From assembly GCA_009914755.4 (NCBI GenBank), contig CP068257.2, positions 8,672,001-8,736,000 of the forward strand: a stretch of DNA of 64,000 nt, written 5' to 3'. The DNA comes from the human T2T-CHM13v2.0 reference genome, Homo sapiens. The notes below the pieces were generated by a model that had not been told where the DNA came from, did not search any database, and saw only the letters and a list, made by a program, of their open reading frames with translations. Shown here one piece after another: positions 25,900 through 50,399 of this stretch (its first letter is position 1; each line of letters begins with the position of its first letter). A program made the translations under genes and the position numbers.

Positions 25900-30545
<4,646 letters not shown>

Positions 30546-31711
30546 CTTTGTTTATGCAATCAGTGTTAAATTGTCCAGTCTAAAATCATGTATTATATTA
30601 TTTTCAAGCCTCATGGTAATTTCAAATCAAAAAGTGTACCACAGATATACAAAAAGTAAAAAGCAAGAAATTAGATTATAATTCAAGAGAAATCACCTTC
30701 ACTAAAAGGAAGACAGAAAGAAAGGAAAGAAGGAAGAGAGGAAAAAAATCAATCAGAAACAAAAAATAGCAGAAGTAAGTGCTTATGACTGATAACATTG
30801 AATTTAAATGAACTAAATACTCCAGTCAAAAGAAAAATAGTGGATGAGTGGATAGAGAAGCAGAACAATAATCTGTGACCTACAAAAAAACACACTTTAC
30901 CTATAAAGATACATTTAGACTGAAAATAAAAGGATGGAAAAAGTTATTCCATGCCAATAGAGAATAAAAAAAGTAGAAATAGCCATACTTATACCAGACA
31001 AAAATAGATTTCAACAAAAGACTATAGGAAGAAATTAAAAGGTCATTATATGATAATAAAGAGATCAATTCATCAAGAGGATATAATAATTGAAAATATA
31101 TATGCACCCAACACTAAAACACCTAGATAAATGAAGCAAATATTATAAGAGCTAAAGAAAGAGACCTCAATACAATAATGGCTGGACACTTCAACACCCC
31201 ACTTTAGTCATTGGATAGATCTTCCAGACAGAAAATAAATAAAGAAACATCAGACCTAATCTGTACTATAGAACAAATGAAACTAATAGATATTTACAGA
31301 AAATTTCATCCAACAGCTGCAGAATACACATTCTTCTCCTCAGCACATGGGTTATTTTCAAGGATAGACCATACGTTAAGTAACAAGTCTAAAAACATTC
31401 CAAAAAATTGAAGTAATATCAAGCATTTTCTCTGACTACAGGGGATAAAACTAGAAATCAATTAAAAAGGAATTTAAGAAACTATACAAACACATGGACA
31501 TTAAACAATATGCTCCTGAATGATTAGTAGGTCGATAAAAAAGTTAAGAAGTAAATAGAAAAATTTCTTGAAACAAATGATAAAGGAAACATAGCATAGA
31601 AAAACCTATGGAATATAGTAAAGGAGGTACTATTATACAAGGAAAATTTATGTCTGTAAGTGCCTACATAAAAAACAGAAAAGTTTCAAATAAATAACCT
31701 AACAATACATC

Positions 31712-38182
<6,471 letters not shown>

Positions 38183-38895
38183 ACAATACATCTTAATTAA
38201 CTAGAATGAAAAGACCAAACTTAACCCAAAATTAGAAGAAAATAAATAATAAAGATTAGAGCATAAGTAGATAAAGTTAAAATAATGAAAATAATGTAAA
38301 GAATTAATGAAAGACAAAGTTGATTTTTTGAAAAGTAAAACTATTGACAAATATTTAAACAGGGTAACTGAAAAACAGAAAAGATACAAATTAGTAAAAT
38401 CAGAGGTGAAAAAGGAGACATTACAAGTAACGCTTCAGAAAAGCAAAGGATCATTAGTGAATACTATCTGCAATTTTATGCCAACAAATTAGAAAACCTA
38501 GACGAAATTCTTAGACACACCCAACTTACCAAGATTGAACTAGGAATAAATCTAAAACCTGAACAGACAGATAACAATTAACAAAATTAAAGCCTTAATA
38601 AAAAAGTCTGTTTAGACCAGACTGAAAACTAGAGAAGGAAAGAACATTTCCAAACTCATTCTTTGAGGCTAGTATTACCCTGATATCAAAACCAGACAAA
38701 GACATATTAAAAAAAGCAAACTACAGGCCCATATCTGAGAATATTGGTGCAAAAATTTGCAAAACACCTAGCAAAGTGAATTAAACAATACATAAATAGA
38801 TAATTAATAATGACCAAGTGGGATTTATCCCAGGGATGCAAGGATAGTTCAACATGCAAATCAATCAATGTGATACATCACATAAAGAGAATGAA

Positions 38896-39222
38896 GGGAC
38901 CAGGCACAGTGGCTTACACCTGTAATCCCAGCAATTTGGGAAGCCAAGCTGGGTGGATCACCTGCAGTCAGGAGTATGAAACCAGTCTGATCAACATGGC
39001 AAAGCCCCGTCTCTACTAAAATTACAAAAATTTGTCAGGCATGGTGGTGGGCATCTGTGATCCCAGATACTCAGGAGGCTGAAGAAGGAGAATCACTTGA
39101 ACCCAGGAGGCAGAGTTTGCATTGAGCTGAGACCATGCCATTGCACTCCAGCCTGGGTGACAGAGGGAGACTTCATCTCAAAAAAAAAAACAAAAAAACA
39201 AAACAAAACAAAAAAAAAACAA
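38896..39222 (+). mobile_element. Alu SINE inserted in old-L1 ORF2
   Basis: 'gggaccaggcacagtggcttacacctgtaatcccagcaatttgggaagccaagctgggtggatcacctg…gcactccagcctgggtgacagagggagacttcatctcaaaaaaaaaaacaaaaaaacaaaac'. Confidence 0.92.
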
Positions 39223-39632
39223 GGACAAAATCCATATAATAATTTCAATTATGCTAAAAAATTTTTGATAAAATTTAATATTCTTTAATAATAAAAAACC
39301 CTTTGAAAACTGGGTATGTAATGAACATACCTCAATATAATAAAAGTCATATATGACAGACCCACATAATAAAAGTCTTATATGACAGACCCACAGCTAG
39401 TATCACACTAAGTGGGGAAAAACTAAAAGCCTTTCCTCTTAAATCTGGAAGATGACAAGAATGTCCACTTTTACCACTGTTATTCAACATAATGCTGAAA
39501 GTCCTATCTGGAGCAATCAGACAGAAGAAAGCAATAAACCGCATCCCAACTGGAAAAGAAGTCAAATTACCTTTTTTTTTTTTTTTTGCCAACGATATAA
39601 TCTTATATTGGAAAAAGCATAAAGACTCCTCT

Positions 39633-41951
39633 GATAGGGTTTGAATGTGTGTCCCCTCCCAAATCTCATATTTAAATGTAATTCTCAATGTTGGAGATGG
39701 ACCTGGTGAAAGGTGATTTAACTATTGGGGTGGATTACTGATAAATGGCTTAGCACCATCCCATTTGGTGCTATCCTCCTGATAGTGAGTGAGTTCCCAT
39801 AAGATCTGGTTATTTAAAACTGTGTAACAACTCGCCCTTCTGTTTTTTGCTCCTTCTTTTTGCCCTGTGATGTGCAAGATTCTGCTTCAACTTCTGCCAT
39901 GACTGTAAACTTCCAGAGACCTCCCCAGAAGCATATTCCAGTGCTATGTCTTCTCTACAGCCTGTAGAATCATAAGCCACTTAAACCTGCTTTGTAAAAA
40001 ATAAATTATACAGTCCCACTCTAATAGTGATGCAAAAATAGCTTAAGACAGAAAATTGGCACCAAGGAATGGAAAATGGTTATAAGAATACCCCAAAATG
40101 TGGAATCAGCTTTGTAATTGGGTAAACAGGCAGAAGTTGGAACAGTTTGTAGGATTCAGAAGACAGAAAAATGAGGGAAAGTTGAGATTTTCTTAGAGAC
40201 TGGTTGAATGTCTGTGACCAAAATGCTGATAGTGATCTGGACAGTGAAGGCTGGGCTGAGGAGGTCTCAGATGAAAACTAGAAACTTATTGGGACTGAAA
40301 GAAAGGCCATGCATGTTGTCTTAGCAAAGTTGTTGGCTGAATTTCTGTCATGCCCTAGGGATATATAAAAGTTTGAATTTGAAATTGATGATTTAGGTTT
40401 TCTGTTGGAAAAATTTGTGATGTGGCCTGGCTGCTTCTAACAACCTATGCTCACATGATCTAGCAAAAAAAAAAATAATAAAATAAGTAGTAACTTATAC
40501 TTACAAAAGAAGCATAGTGTAAAACCTTGAAAATTAGCAGCCTAGTCGTGTGGCTGAAATATACAAAGCTTTTATAAGAGAGGAAATCAAGCAGGATATG
40601 GGTCAACAACTTGTTAGAGATATTTGTATAACCTAAAAAAAAGCAAGTGTTGATAGCCAAGACAATGGGAAAGAGGAATTGAAGGCATTTTAGAAATCTA
40701 AAAGGCAGCCCCCCATCATAGGCCCTGAGGCCTAAAAGAAGAGAATAGTTTCTGGGATCAGGCCTAGGACCTGCTGCCTTGGGTAGCTTTGGAACAAGGC
40801 TCCCTGCATCCTGGCCACTGCTTCAGCTCCAGGTGTAGCTCAAGTTGACCCAGTTACAACTCCAGTCACTGCTTCAGAGGGTGCAAGCCATAACCTTGGT
40901 AGCTTCCATGTGGTGTTAGGCCTGTGGGTTTACCAAATGCAAGTAGTTGAGACTTGGGAGCCTCCACCTTTATTTCAAATGATGTATGAAAAAGCCAGGG
41001 TATGCAGGCAGAAGCATGCTGCAGGGGTAAAGCCCTCATGGAGATCCTCTACTAAAACAATGGAGAAAAGAAATGTGGGATGACAGTCCCCAGGCAGGCT
41101 CCCCACAAGGTCATGGCCTAGTAGATCTGTGAGGAGAGGATCACTGTCCTCCAGGTAGAACCTTCCCAAAGCATTAGTGTGCCCTGGAAATGGGACACAG
41201 AGTCAAAAATAATTATTTTGGAGCCTTATAATTCAATAACTGCCCTTCTGGGTTTCAGAATTTCATGGGTCCTGTGGCCCCTTTCTTTTGGCTGATTTCT
41301 TCATTTTAGAATAGGAGTATTTACCCAATGCCTCTGCCTCATTTGTATCTTGGAAGAACCTCACTTGTTTTTATTTTTTTTATTTTACAGGCTTATAGGA
41401 GGAAGAAATTAGCCTTGTCTTAGATGAGACTTTTGACTTTTGAGTTAAGGCTGAAATCAGTTAAGACTTTGGGGATTATTGGGAAGTCATGATTGCATTT
41501 TGAAATATGAGAAGGATATGAAATTTGGAATGGCCAGGAGCAAAATGATACAGTTTGGATGTGTATTCCCACCAAAATCTTATATTGAAATATAATTCTC
41601 AATGTTGGAAGTGGGCCTAGAGGGGAGGTGATTGAATCATGAGGGCAAGATTTCCATGAACAGTTTGGCATCATTTCCTTTGGTGCCATTCCCACAATAG
41701 TAAGTTTTTATCAGAGCTGGTTATCTACAAGTGTGTGTCACACTTCCCACCTGCCCTCGCACTTACCATGTGATGTGCGAGCACCAGATTTATTTTTCGC
41801 CTTGTCAGTTGTCAGAGGCTTCCCCAGAAGCAGAAGCCAGTGCTATGCTTTCTGTATAGTGTGTAGAACCATGAACCAATTAAACCTATTTTCTTTATAA
41901 ATTAACCAGTCACTAATTACTTTTTATAGCAATATGAGAATGGCCTAATAC
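39633..41951 (+). mobile_element. MaLR (THE1/MST-like ERVL-MaLR) element, LTR(39633-40050)-internal-LTR(41556-41951), inserted in old-L1 ORF2 with ~5-bp TSD (TCCTC/TCCAC)
   Basis: Both LTRs start 'tgata(g/c)(g/a)gtttg(a/g)atgtgt(g/a)t(c/t)ccc…aaatct(c/t)ata(tt)…attctcaatgttgga' and end '…ttaaacct..ttt…ataaattaNccagtc…ctaataca'. Internal part '…ggcaccaaggaatggaaaatggttataagaataccccaaaatgtggaatcagctttg…' is MaLR-int-like. L1 ORF2 frame resumes after the 3' LTR. Confidence 0.75.
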
Positions 41952-42296
41952 ATCCACCAAAAACTATTAGAAGTAATAACTTGAGTAAATTTGCAGAATA
42001 CAAATCAACATATACAAATCAGTAGGATTTCTATATGCCAACAGTCAACAAACTGAAAAAGAATTCAAAAATGTAATACTATTTGCAGTAGCCACAAATA
42101 AAATGTGTGGGAATTTACCAAAGAAATAAAAGTTCTCAACAATTAAAACTGTAAAACACTGATAAAATACATGAAAAAGGACCCCAAAATTGGAAAGATA
42201 TGTTTATGTTCACAGATTGGAAGAATCAGTATTTTTAAAATGTCCATACAATCCATAGCAATCTATACATTTCATGCCATCTCTATCAAAATAACA

Positions 42297-42592
42297 GGCC
42301 AGGGGCAATGGCTCATGCCTGTAATCCCAGCACTTTGGGAGGCCAAAGTTGGTGGATCATGAGGTCAAGAGCTCAAGATCAGCCTGGCCAACTTGGTGAA
42401 ACCCCTCCTCTACTAAAAGTACAAAAAATTAGCCAGGCATGGTGGCAGGTGCCTGTAATCCCAGCTACTCAGGAGGCTGAGTCAAAGAATTGCTTGAACC
42501 CAGGTGGTGGAGGTTGCAGTGTGTCGAGGTCACATCACTGCACTCCAGTCTAGGTGACAGAGCAAGACGCCATCTAAAAAAAAAAAAGAAGA
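42297..42592 (+). mobile_element. Alu SINE inserted in old-L1 ORF2
   Basis: 'ggccaggggcaatggctcatgcctgtaatcccagcactttgggaggccaaagttggtggatcatgaggtcaagag…gcactccagtctaggtgacagagcaagacgccatctaaaaaaaaaaaag'. Confidence 0.92.
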
Positions 42593-42904
42593 AGACATTC
42601 CTCACAGATATAGAAAAAAAATTCTGAAATTTATATGGAAACATCACACACCATAATAGCCAAACTATGCTGAGTATATAAAACAAAACTGGAGGAATTC
42701 CATTACCTGGTTTTAAATTATACTACTAAGTTATAGTAATTAAAACAGCATGACACTAGCATAAAAACAGACATAAAGAGAGATGGAACGAAATAGATAC
42801 CTTAGAAACAAACTCATACTGCTAAATCAATTTTCAACAAAAGTGTCAAGAACATACAATAAAAAATAAGACAGTTTTTGTAATAAATAGGGCTGGGAAA
42901 ACTG

Positions 42905-43100
42905 GCATTCTGTATGAGGGACAAACATTCAGATCCTCACAGCAGTGTACTGGAATCCTATGTGAGGGACAAACATTCAGACCACAGCAGGAGTGTTCTG
43001 GAATCCCCTGTGAGGAACAAACATTCAGACCCTCGTAGCAGTGTTCTGGAATCCTATGTGACAAACATTTAGAACCCAGCAGCGTTCTGGAATCCTATGG
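42905..43100. repeat. ~40-bp minisatellite (about 4.5 units of 'gagggacaaacattcagaccNcagcagNagtgttctggaatcctatgt') embedded in old-L1 ORF2, flanked by a duplicated ~85-bp L1 segment (42820-42905 repeated at 43100-43190)
   Basis: Tandem units seen directly (also as the His/Cys-rich - ORF 42846-43064). 'ctaaatNaattttcaacaaaagtgNcaagaacaNacaataaaaa(a)t(a)agacagtttttgtaataaatagggctgggaaaactggca' occurs on both sides. Confidence 0.75.
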
Positions 43101-43526
43101 GAGGGACAGCTAAATTAATTTTCAACAAAAGTGCCAAGAACACACAATAAAAATGAGACAGTTTTTGTAATAAATAGGGCTGGGAAAACTGGCAAGCCAT
43201 TGGCAGAAGAATAAAACTAGAACCCTATTTCTTGCCACTTACAAAAATCAAATTACAATGAATTAAAGGCTTAAACCTAATGCCTCAAACCATCAAACTT
43301 TTACAAGAAAGCATTGGGGAAACTCTTTAGGGCATTGGTTTGGGTAAAAATTCCTTAAATAATGCCCCAGAAGCACAGACAACCAAAACAAACATGGACA
43401 AATGGGATTACAGAAAGTCAGAAAGCCTTTTTAAAGTGAAGGAAACAAGAAACAAGTGAAGAGAAAATCCACACAATGGGAGAAAATATTTGTAAATTAT
43501 CCATCTGAAAACAATTAATAGCTGCA

Positions 43527-44196
43527 TGATATGGTTAGGATTTGTGTCCCCACCTAAATCTCATATTGAATTGTAATCCCCAGATGTTGAGGGAGAGACT
43601 TGGTAGAAGGCGATTGGATCATGGGGGTGGTTTCCCCCATGCTGTTCTTCTGATAATGAGTGATTTCTCATGAGATCTGATGGTTTTATAAGGGACTCTT
43701 CCTCCTTTGCTTCACATACAGGCTCTCTCGCCTGCTGTCATGTAAGAGGTGCCTGCTTCCCCATCTGCCATTATTGTAAGTTTCCTGAGGCCTCCCCGGC
43801 CATGTGGAACTGTGAGTCAATTAAACCCATTTCCTTTATAAGTTACCCAGTCTTGCCAGGTGCGGTGGCTCATGCCTGTAATCTCACCACTTTAGGAGGC
43901 TGAGGCGGGTGGATCACGAGGTCAGGAGTTCAAGACCAGCCTGGCCAAGATGGTGAAACCCCGTCTCTACTAAAAATACAAAAATTAGCCAGGCATGGTG
44001 GCAGGTGCCTATAATCCCAGCTACTCAGGAGGCTGAGGCAGAGAATTGCTTGAATCAGGAGGGGAGGTTGCAGTGAGCCGAGATTGCACCACTGCACTTC
44101 AGCCTGGGCAACAGATCAAGACTTCATCTCAGTAAATAAATAGATAACACAGTCTCAGGTATTTTTAATAACAGTACAGAAAAAGACTAATACACT
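43527..44196 (+). mobile_element. Solo MaLR (THE1/MST-like) LTR inserted in old-L1 ORF2 (TSD CTGCA/CTACA), itself split by an Alu
   Basis: 'tgatatggttaggatttgtgtccccacctaaatctcatattgaattgtaatccccagatgttgagggagagacttggtagaaggcgattggatcatggggg…ccatgtggaactgtgagtcaattaaacccatttcctttataagttacccagtc' … (Alu) … 'cacagtctcaggtatttttaataacagtacagaaaaagactaataca'. Confidence 0.75.
43853..44147 (+). mobile_element. Alu SINE inside the solo MaLR LTR (TSD ~CCAGTCT)
   Basis: 'ttgccaggtgcggtggctcatgcctgtaatctcaccactttaggaggctgaggcgggtggatcacgaggtcaggagttcaagaccagcctggccaagatggtgaaaccccgtctc…'. Confidence 0.92.
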
Positions 44197-45696
44197 ACAA
44201 TATATTGAGTTCAAAAAATTCTATAGAAAAAAGTAATAACCCAAATAAAGAGTGGACAAAAAATTTAAATAGACATTTATGAAAAGAAGACATATAAATG
44301 TGAAACAGGCAAATGAAAAGGTGCTCCACATTACTGATCATCATAGAAATGCAAATCAAACCCAAAATGAGATATCATTTCACCCCAATTAAGGTGGCTT
44401 TTATCCAGAAGACAGTGAAAAAAAAAATGCTGGTGGGTATGTGGAGTGAAGGGAACCCTTGTACACTGCTGTTGGGAGCACATTTAAGGACAGTTTGGAT
44501 GTTCCTGATATAACTAAAAATAGAGCTACTATATGTTCCAGCAATTCCACTGCTCAGTATATGCCTACAAGAAATAAAATTGGTTAATCAAAGACCTATT
44601 GGCACTCTCATGTTTGCTACAGCAGGGTTTATAATAGCCAAGATTTGGAAGGAACCTAAATGTCCATCAACAGATGACTGGATAGAGAAAATATGGTACA
44701 TATACACAATGGAGTACTATTCAGCTGTAAGAAAGAATGAGAGCCTGCCATTTGCAATAACATAAATGGAAATGAAAGTCTTTATGTTAAGTGAAATGTC
44801 AGGCACAGAAAGACAAATGTCACATGTTCTCACTTATTTGTGGGTGCTAAAATTCAAAACAATTGGTGTCATAGAAAAAGAGAGTATAAGGATGGTTACC
44901 AGAGGCTGGCAAGGACAGGGAGGAAACAAGAGAATAGTGGGGATGCTAAATGGGTAAAAAAAAATTGTTAGAAAGAATGAATAAGACAGCATTTGATAGG
45001 ACAACAGGGTGATTATAGTCAAAAATAATTCCACATGTAAAAAAACTAAAAGAGTATAATTGGATTGTTTATAACACAAGCTATAACTGCTTGTGGGGAG
45101 AGATACTCCGTTTTTTATTATGTATTACTCATTGCATGACTACATCAAAGTATGTCATGTACCCCCATAAATATATACACCAACTATGCACCCACAAAAA
45201 TAAATTAAAAATTGAAATTGAAATTAAAATTAAAACCAAAGGGAGGAGAGTATAATGAGGCATGTGTGACCCATGGCTTGAACTAGCTTTTCAGGTTAAC
45301 TTTGGAATGTCCTTATCCAAGAAGAGAGGTCCATTTAGTCAACAGGGGTTTAGAAATTTATTTTTAGTTTATATATGGAAAAAAGAAGGATTTTCAATCC
45401 TGAGCCATATTTCTCAGTCAATCAATCCCTGCAGGGAACCCTGTTCTTTACTCTGGAGATAAACACTAGTTTTCTTTTCTATGGAATAACACCACATTTC
45501 AAAATGAGGGGAAACATCTTGCAATTAAGTGGTACAGCCTTATTAAATTTGATTTGGTTTCCATTGTAATTAATTTAATCACATGTGTTCTAGAGTTTGT
45601 CCTCAGTCTTCCCCTAGTTTAGGCCCATGATCTGTTGAAATTGCTCAGCTCCCTGCTCAACAGCAGGAAATCAGAATCATTTAAAATCATCATTGT

Positions 45697-46022
45697 GGCT
45701 GGGAGTGATGGCTCATGCCTGTAATCCCAGCAATTTGGGAGGCCAAGGTGGGCAGATCACTTGTTGTCAGGGGTTTGAGACCAGCCTGGCCGACAGTGAA
45801 ACCCCATCTCTACTAAAGATACAAATATTAGCTGGGTGTGGTGATTCACGCCTGTAATCCCGGCTACTTGGGAGACTGAGGCAGGAGAATTGCTTGAACC
45901 CGGGAGGGGCAGGTTTCAGTGAGCCAAGATGGTGCACTGAACTCCAGCCTGTTCAACAGAACAAGACTCTGTCTCAAAATAATAGTAATAATAATAATAA
46001 TAATAAATAAGTAAAAATAAAA
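45697..46022 (+). mobile_element. Alu SINE with (TAA)n-expanded tail, ~13-bp TSD (aaaatcatcattgt / aaaatctcattgtg)
   Basis: 'ggctgggagtgatggctcatgcctgtaatcccagcaatttgggaggccaaggtgggcagatcacttg…ctgtctcaaaataatagtaataataataataataataaataagtaaaaataaaaatc'. Confidence 0.92.
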
Positions 46023-47879
46023 ATCTCATTGTGTTTCAAACAAAATTTCTTTTGAATATCAACTGTATCAACTTGCATATTAACTATAATCATTTTGTTT
46101 ACTTTATATCCAATCTTGAGAAATCTTTGAGGACTAATTTCACTCTTTTCTGCCATTTTGGTAAACATACCAAATGCCATCAAACAAAATGCACAAAATT
46201 CCCTAGAAATACATTTTCTCCTTGAGGAGTAGACTTGTTGTGTTAGAGGAACTCATGGTTACCTAGCTTCTAGTTTAATAAACATGACTAGAATATTCTA
46301 TCTTAATATGAGTAGCTAGGTACTCACAAGGCATCTAGAAGGTTAATGTTCATGGTCTGAAAATAGTCACATTTTTTAAATGGCCACAAATTACAATTGC
46401 AGAATATCTGTGGTCATACAAGACATCTTCCACAAAGCCTGAAAAAATGTATAAATGTCCTAGGAGTGCAGAATTTTTTTGTAAGGATATTATTAATGAA
46501 CTAGCTTAGGTCAATGGGTTAATGGTTATTGTTAAAACCAATAGCCCCGACTTTAGTGACTACATCTGCACCTTCCAAGTTTAACTATAACACTTTCTCT
46601 TTATAGTTACTTATAAGTAGACACACTAACAAAAGACAATGCATTCCTGCTCTTGTTTTCTGAGGATGTCCAACTCTGTAATGGAGTAATTTCTAATAAA
46701 CTTGCTTCTTTCACTGTGCTCTCTGACTCACCTCAAATTTTTGCCTGCAGAAAATCTAAGAATCCTACTTTGTGGTCTGTATCAGGACCCTCTTTTCCAG
46801 CAACATCTTTCAGCAACACCATGAATGGACACCAAGACAAGACCCCCACTCCAAGGAAAACAATCCACACAAAATCAATCAGCTGACACCTGGCAAGTGG
46901 GCTGTCTTTTAGATTCGTGAAGCCATTCTGGTGGACAAGAATGATTATCCACTATTATCATACTCAGATTAGAGGCCAAGCCCACAGAGTTAGAGGCCCT
47001 GGGGAATATTGAGAAGAATGGATTTGGCTAAACAGATGTTTGCCACTTTCTCTTTTTGGACTGTCCACCTTGTGCTCTCTGTCCCTCACCTGAGTGCTCT
47101 ACATCTTGTCACCTTTCTGCTCACCACCTCTGTTTTGTAGTAGCCTGGAGGCTGCCCCAGGACAGAGGCCCCAAGCAGTTTAGCTTTTACTTTCCTCAGC
47201 GATCCTCTGACTCTTAACTGAATGCCTGTTTAATTTGCCACTGGTCCAAGTGACACTGAAAAAAAGAATTGTCTTGGAACCTAGTATTTTTGTACCTTAA
47301 TTATTCGAAAAGATCAGCAGTAACCTCACCATCATTATGACTAGAAGTGGAAATGTGGTATTTAAGAGCTCTACATGATAAGATCAGACATGCCTGTTTA
47401 GTGACAGCCTCTTTTATGACAACCCTCTGCAAACAATTACCCTCAAGATTGAGAACATGAGACTTTTTCTTAACAGTTTTCTCTCATTTCTTAGCCATAA
47501 CGCCATCTTTGATAAGCTGGTATAGGGCAGCTGGACTCTACTTTCTAAACCCAGCATGTCACTTTTTTCCTGAGAGAGTTTTGTCAGTTTTGTCATAGCA
47601 GTGTGAAAATGGACTAATACATTACAATATACAAGTTACATCCTTCCCATTTCCCCTGTTTGATCTGACTCCTATTTTGCAGCTTAATTTGTTTTATAGA
47701 AGAGAAACTAAGAGGGAGGAAATACATTATATACAGGCTTCTCTGATGCTTGGTCGGGATAAAAAATTAAAATGGACTTCTATATGTTTGATGGAGGAAA
47801 AGACAAAATAGGGTCGGCACGTAATTGATTACCATTTTAATGCAAGTGCCTCTTAATGTTAGGCTTTTCTTAGCTGGGT

Positions 47880-49100
47880 CTGAAATCCACCTACCAGTCC
47901 AAGCGCCCCATAAGAACACAGACTCCTTCCAGTTCTAGTGAGGTGTGCAACATGTTATTAATTTCTTCTAGTTTTCCAGGGTTATCTAGTGACCGGTCAT
48001 CATCTTCTCCCTGCCCTTCGAGTCCTGTCTTACGTACATACCCCACTCTCAAAACACCCGAGCTTCACCAGAACAACATGCAGTGGGGCCTCTTATCAGC
48101 TGGCAAAGTTGAATGTTTGCCCTCTCTGGGAAGTGACAGATGATAATAGGAACACCATATTGAAGGGGTGGCCTGTCCCTCCACACCTGTGGGCGTTTCT
48201 CATCAGGTGGAACGAGAGACTTGTGAAAAGAGACGCAGAGACAAAGTAAAGAGAAAAAGTGGGCCCAGGGGACCAGCGCTCAGCATAGGGAGGACCAGCG
48301 CCGGCACCACTCTCTGAGTTTCCTTAGTATTTATTGATGATTATCGGGCATTTCTCAGAGAGGTGGATGTGGCAGGACAATAGGGTAACAGTGGAGAGAG
48401 GGTCAGCAGGAAAACATGTGAGCAAATGTCTCTGCATCATAAACAAGGTAAAGAAAAAAGTGCTGTGCTTTCGATGTGCATATACATAAACACCTCAATG
48501 CCTTAAAGAGCAGTATTGCCTCCAGCATGTCTCACCTCCAGCCCTGTGGCAGTTTTCTCCTATCTCAGTAGGTGGAATATACAATCGGGTTTTACAAGGA
48601 GACATTCCATTGCCCAGGGACGAGCAGGAGACAGATGGCTTTGTCTTATCTCAACTGCAAAGAGGCCTTCCTCTTTTACTAATCCTCCTCAGCACAGACC
48701 GTTTACAGGTGTCGGACTGGTGGATGGTCAGGTCCTTCCCCTCCCATGAGGCCATATTTCAGACTATCACATGGGGAGATACCTTGGACAATACTTGACT
48801 TTCCTAGGCAGAGGTCCCTGTGGCCTTCAGCAGTGTTTTGTGTCGCTGGGTCCTTGAGAGTAGGGAGTGGTGATGACTTTTAACAAGCATGATGCCTTCA
48901 AGCATTTGTTTAACAAAGCACATCCTGCATATCCCTAAATCCATTAAACCTTGAGTCGACACAGCACATGTTTCTGTGAGCACAGGGTTGGGGCTAGGGT
49001 TACAGATTAACAGCATCTCAAGGCAGAAGAATTTTTCTTAGTACAGAACAAAATGGAGTCTCTTATGTCTACTTCTTTCTACATAGACACAGTAGAAGTC
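47880..49100 (+). mobile_element. ERV1-associated LTR/leader-like region upstream of the ERV internal sequence (family not resolved)
   Basis: 48330-49140 resembles an LTR/ERV-associated repeat consensus recalled from memory ('…ttcctaggcagaggNccctgNggccttcNgcagtgttttgtgtc…cttagtacagaacaaaatggagtctcttatgtctacttctttctaca…'). Boundaries and identity uncertain. Confidence 0.35.
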
Positions 49101-50399
49101 TGATCTCTCTTTCTTTTCCCCACACTATATAGGTATGTGTACACTTTTTTACAACTGAATTAGCCATATGCAAGGAAAAACTTAAAAAGTTTTCAGAGGT
49201 TCTGGTAAAATTCATAGACAAATTTAAAAGGCTAACCTTGACGTATGATCTGACCAGGCAGGATTTGCATATATTTATGTTTACCTGCTGCATGGTAGAA
49301 AAGCAGTGTATGATGGGATTGGCTACAGCACATGCTAATAGGGTGGCAGCCTGCAACCAGGGGCATGAGACCTATCAAGTAGGAGGCACAGCAGTGCCTG
49401 ACTAGGACCCAGAAGAGGACTAGAATCTAGAAAAGACAAATAAATTAGGAAGAAAATGGGATATAGAGAGAAAAAATTATGATCGTTTGACTCCGTGAAG
49501 GAATAAAAAAAAAGTGTGATACAGCTTTTTAATTTTAATAAAGTCTGGAAAATTACTCAGGGAAAAGATGAAAACCTAGCCTTATTACAAGGGTGGATAA
49601 TTTAGACCTTGAGGAAATACACTAACATTGACCCTGACTCCAAAAAGGGACAGGCATTGCTAGGAGTTTAATTTATAGCACGGTCTCCTTCTGATATCTG
49701 CAGGAAGCTGCCAAAAGCAGCCTTAGGCTTCCAGACTCCCATGGATAGGATTTTAGACTTGGATTTTGCAGTTTTCCATCACAGGAATTGGGCAGAGAAA
49801 ACGTAAAATAAAGCAAATCTCCCAAGAGGCCCAGCTTCTAGCTGCAGCCTTGTGCTCTCCACCACTTCAGAGGCAACCCCTTAACCCCTGGCCCTCACAG
49901 AGGAAGTGAGAAGGTGAAAGTCCCAGTCTGTGCCTCTGGGCCACTGTGCCTTTGATATAAATCAATTTGCCTTCTGTAGGAAGGTCAGCCACTGCCGAAG
50001 GAAATGTACTGTGCTTCCAAGGGAGCCATCATCAGAGCTCAGCAGACTCAAAAGTGGCAGGGCCTGATACTTCCTACCTCCACCTCCATTGGACTATTAG
50101 CTATCGAGAGATGGAAGAGCCTCAGGTGACTCTTGAAGTAGCAGGTAGGGGTATTAACTTCATATTGGGTGTGGGAGCAGATGACTCTGTCCTGATTCAA
50201 TACAATGAGCTCCTGTCTTCAAATGATGGACTAGCCCCAAAACACTCCTTTTTGTATCCTCTAAGTTGTCCTCCAGAGCCTCTAGGTTTCTCGCCTGCCT
50301 TTTTAGTACTGTCTGATTGCCTGATCTCTTACTGGGTAGAGGTTTATTGACTCAGGAGACCGAGTCATGGTCACCTTCACAGATTGTAAAGCATAGAAA

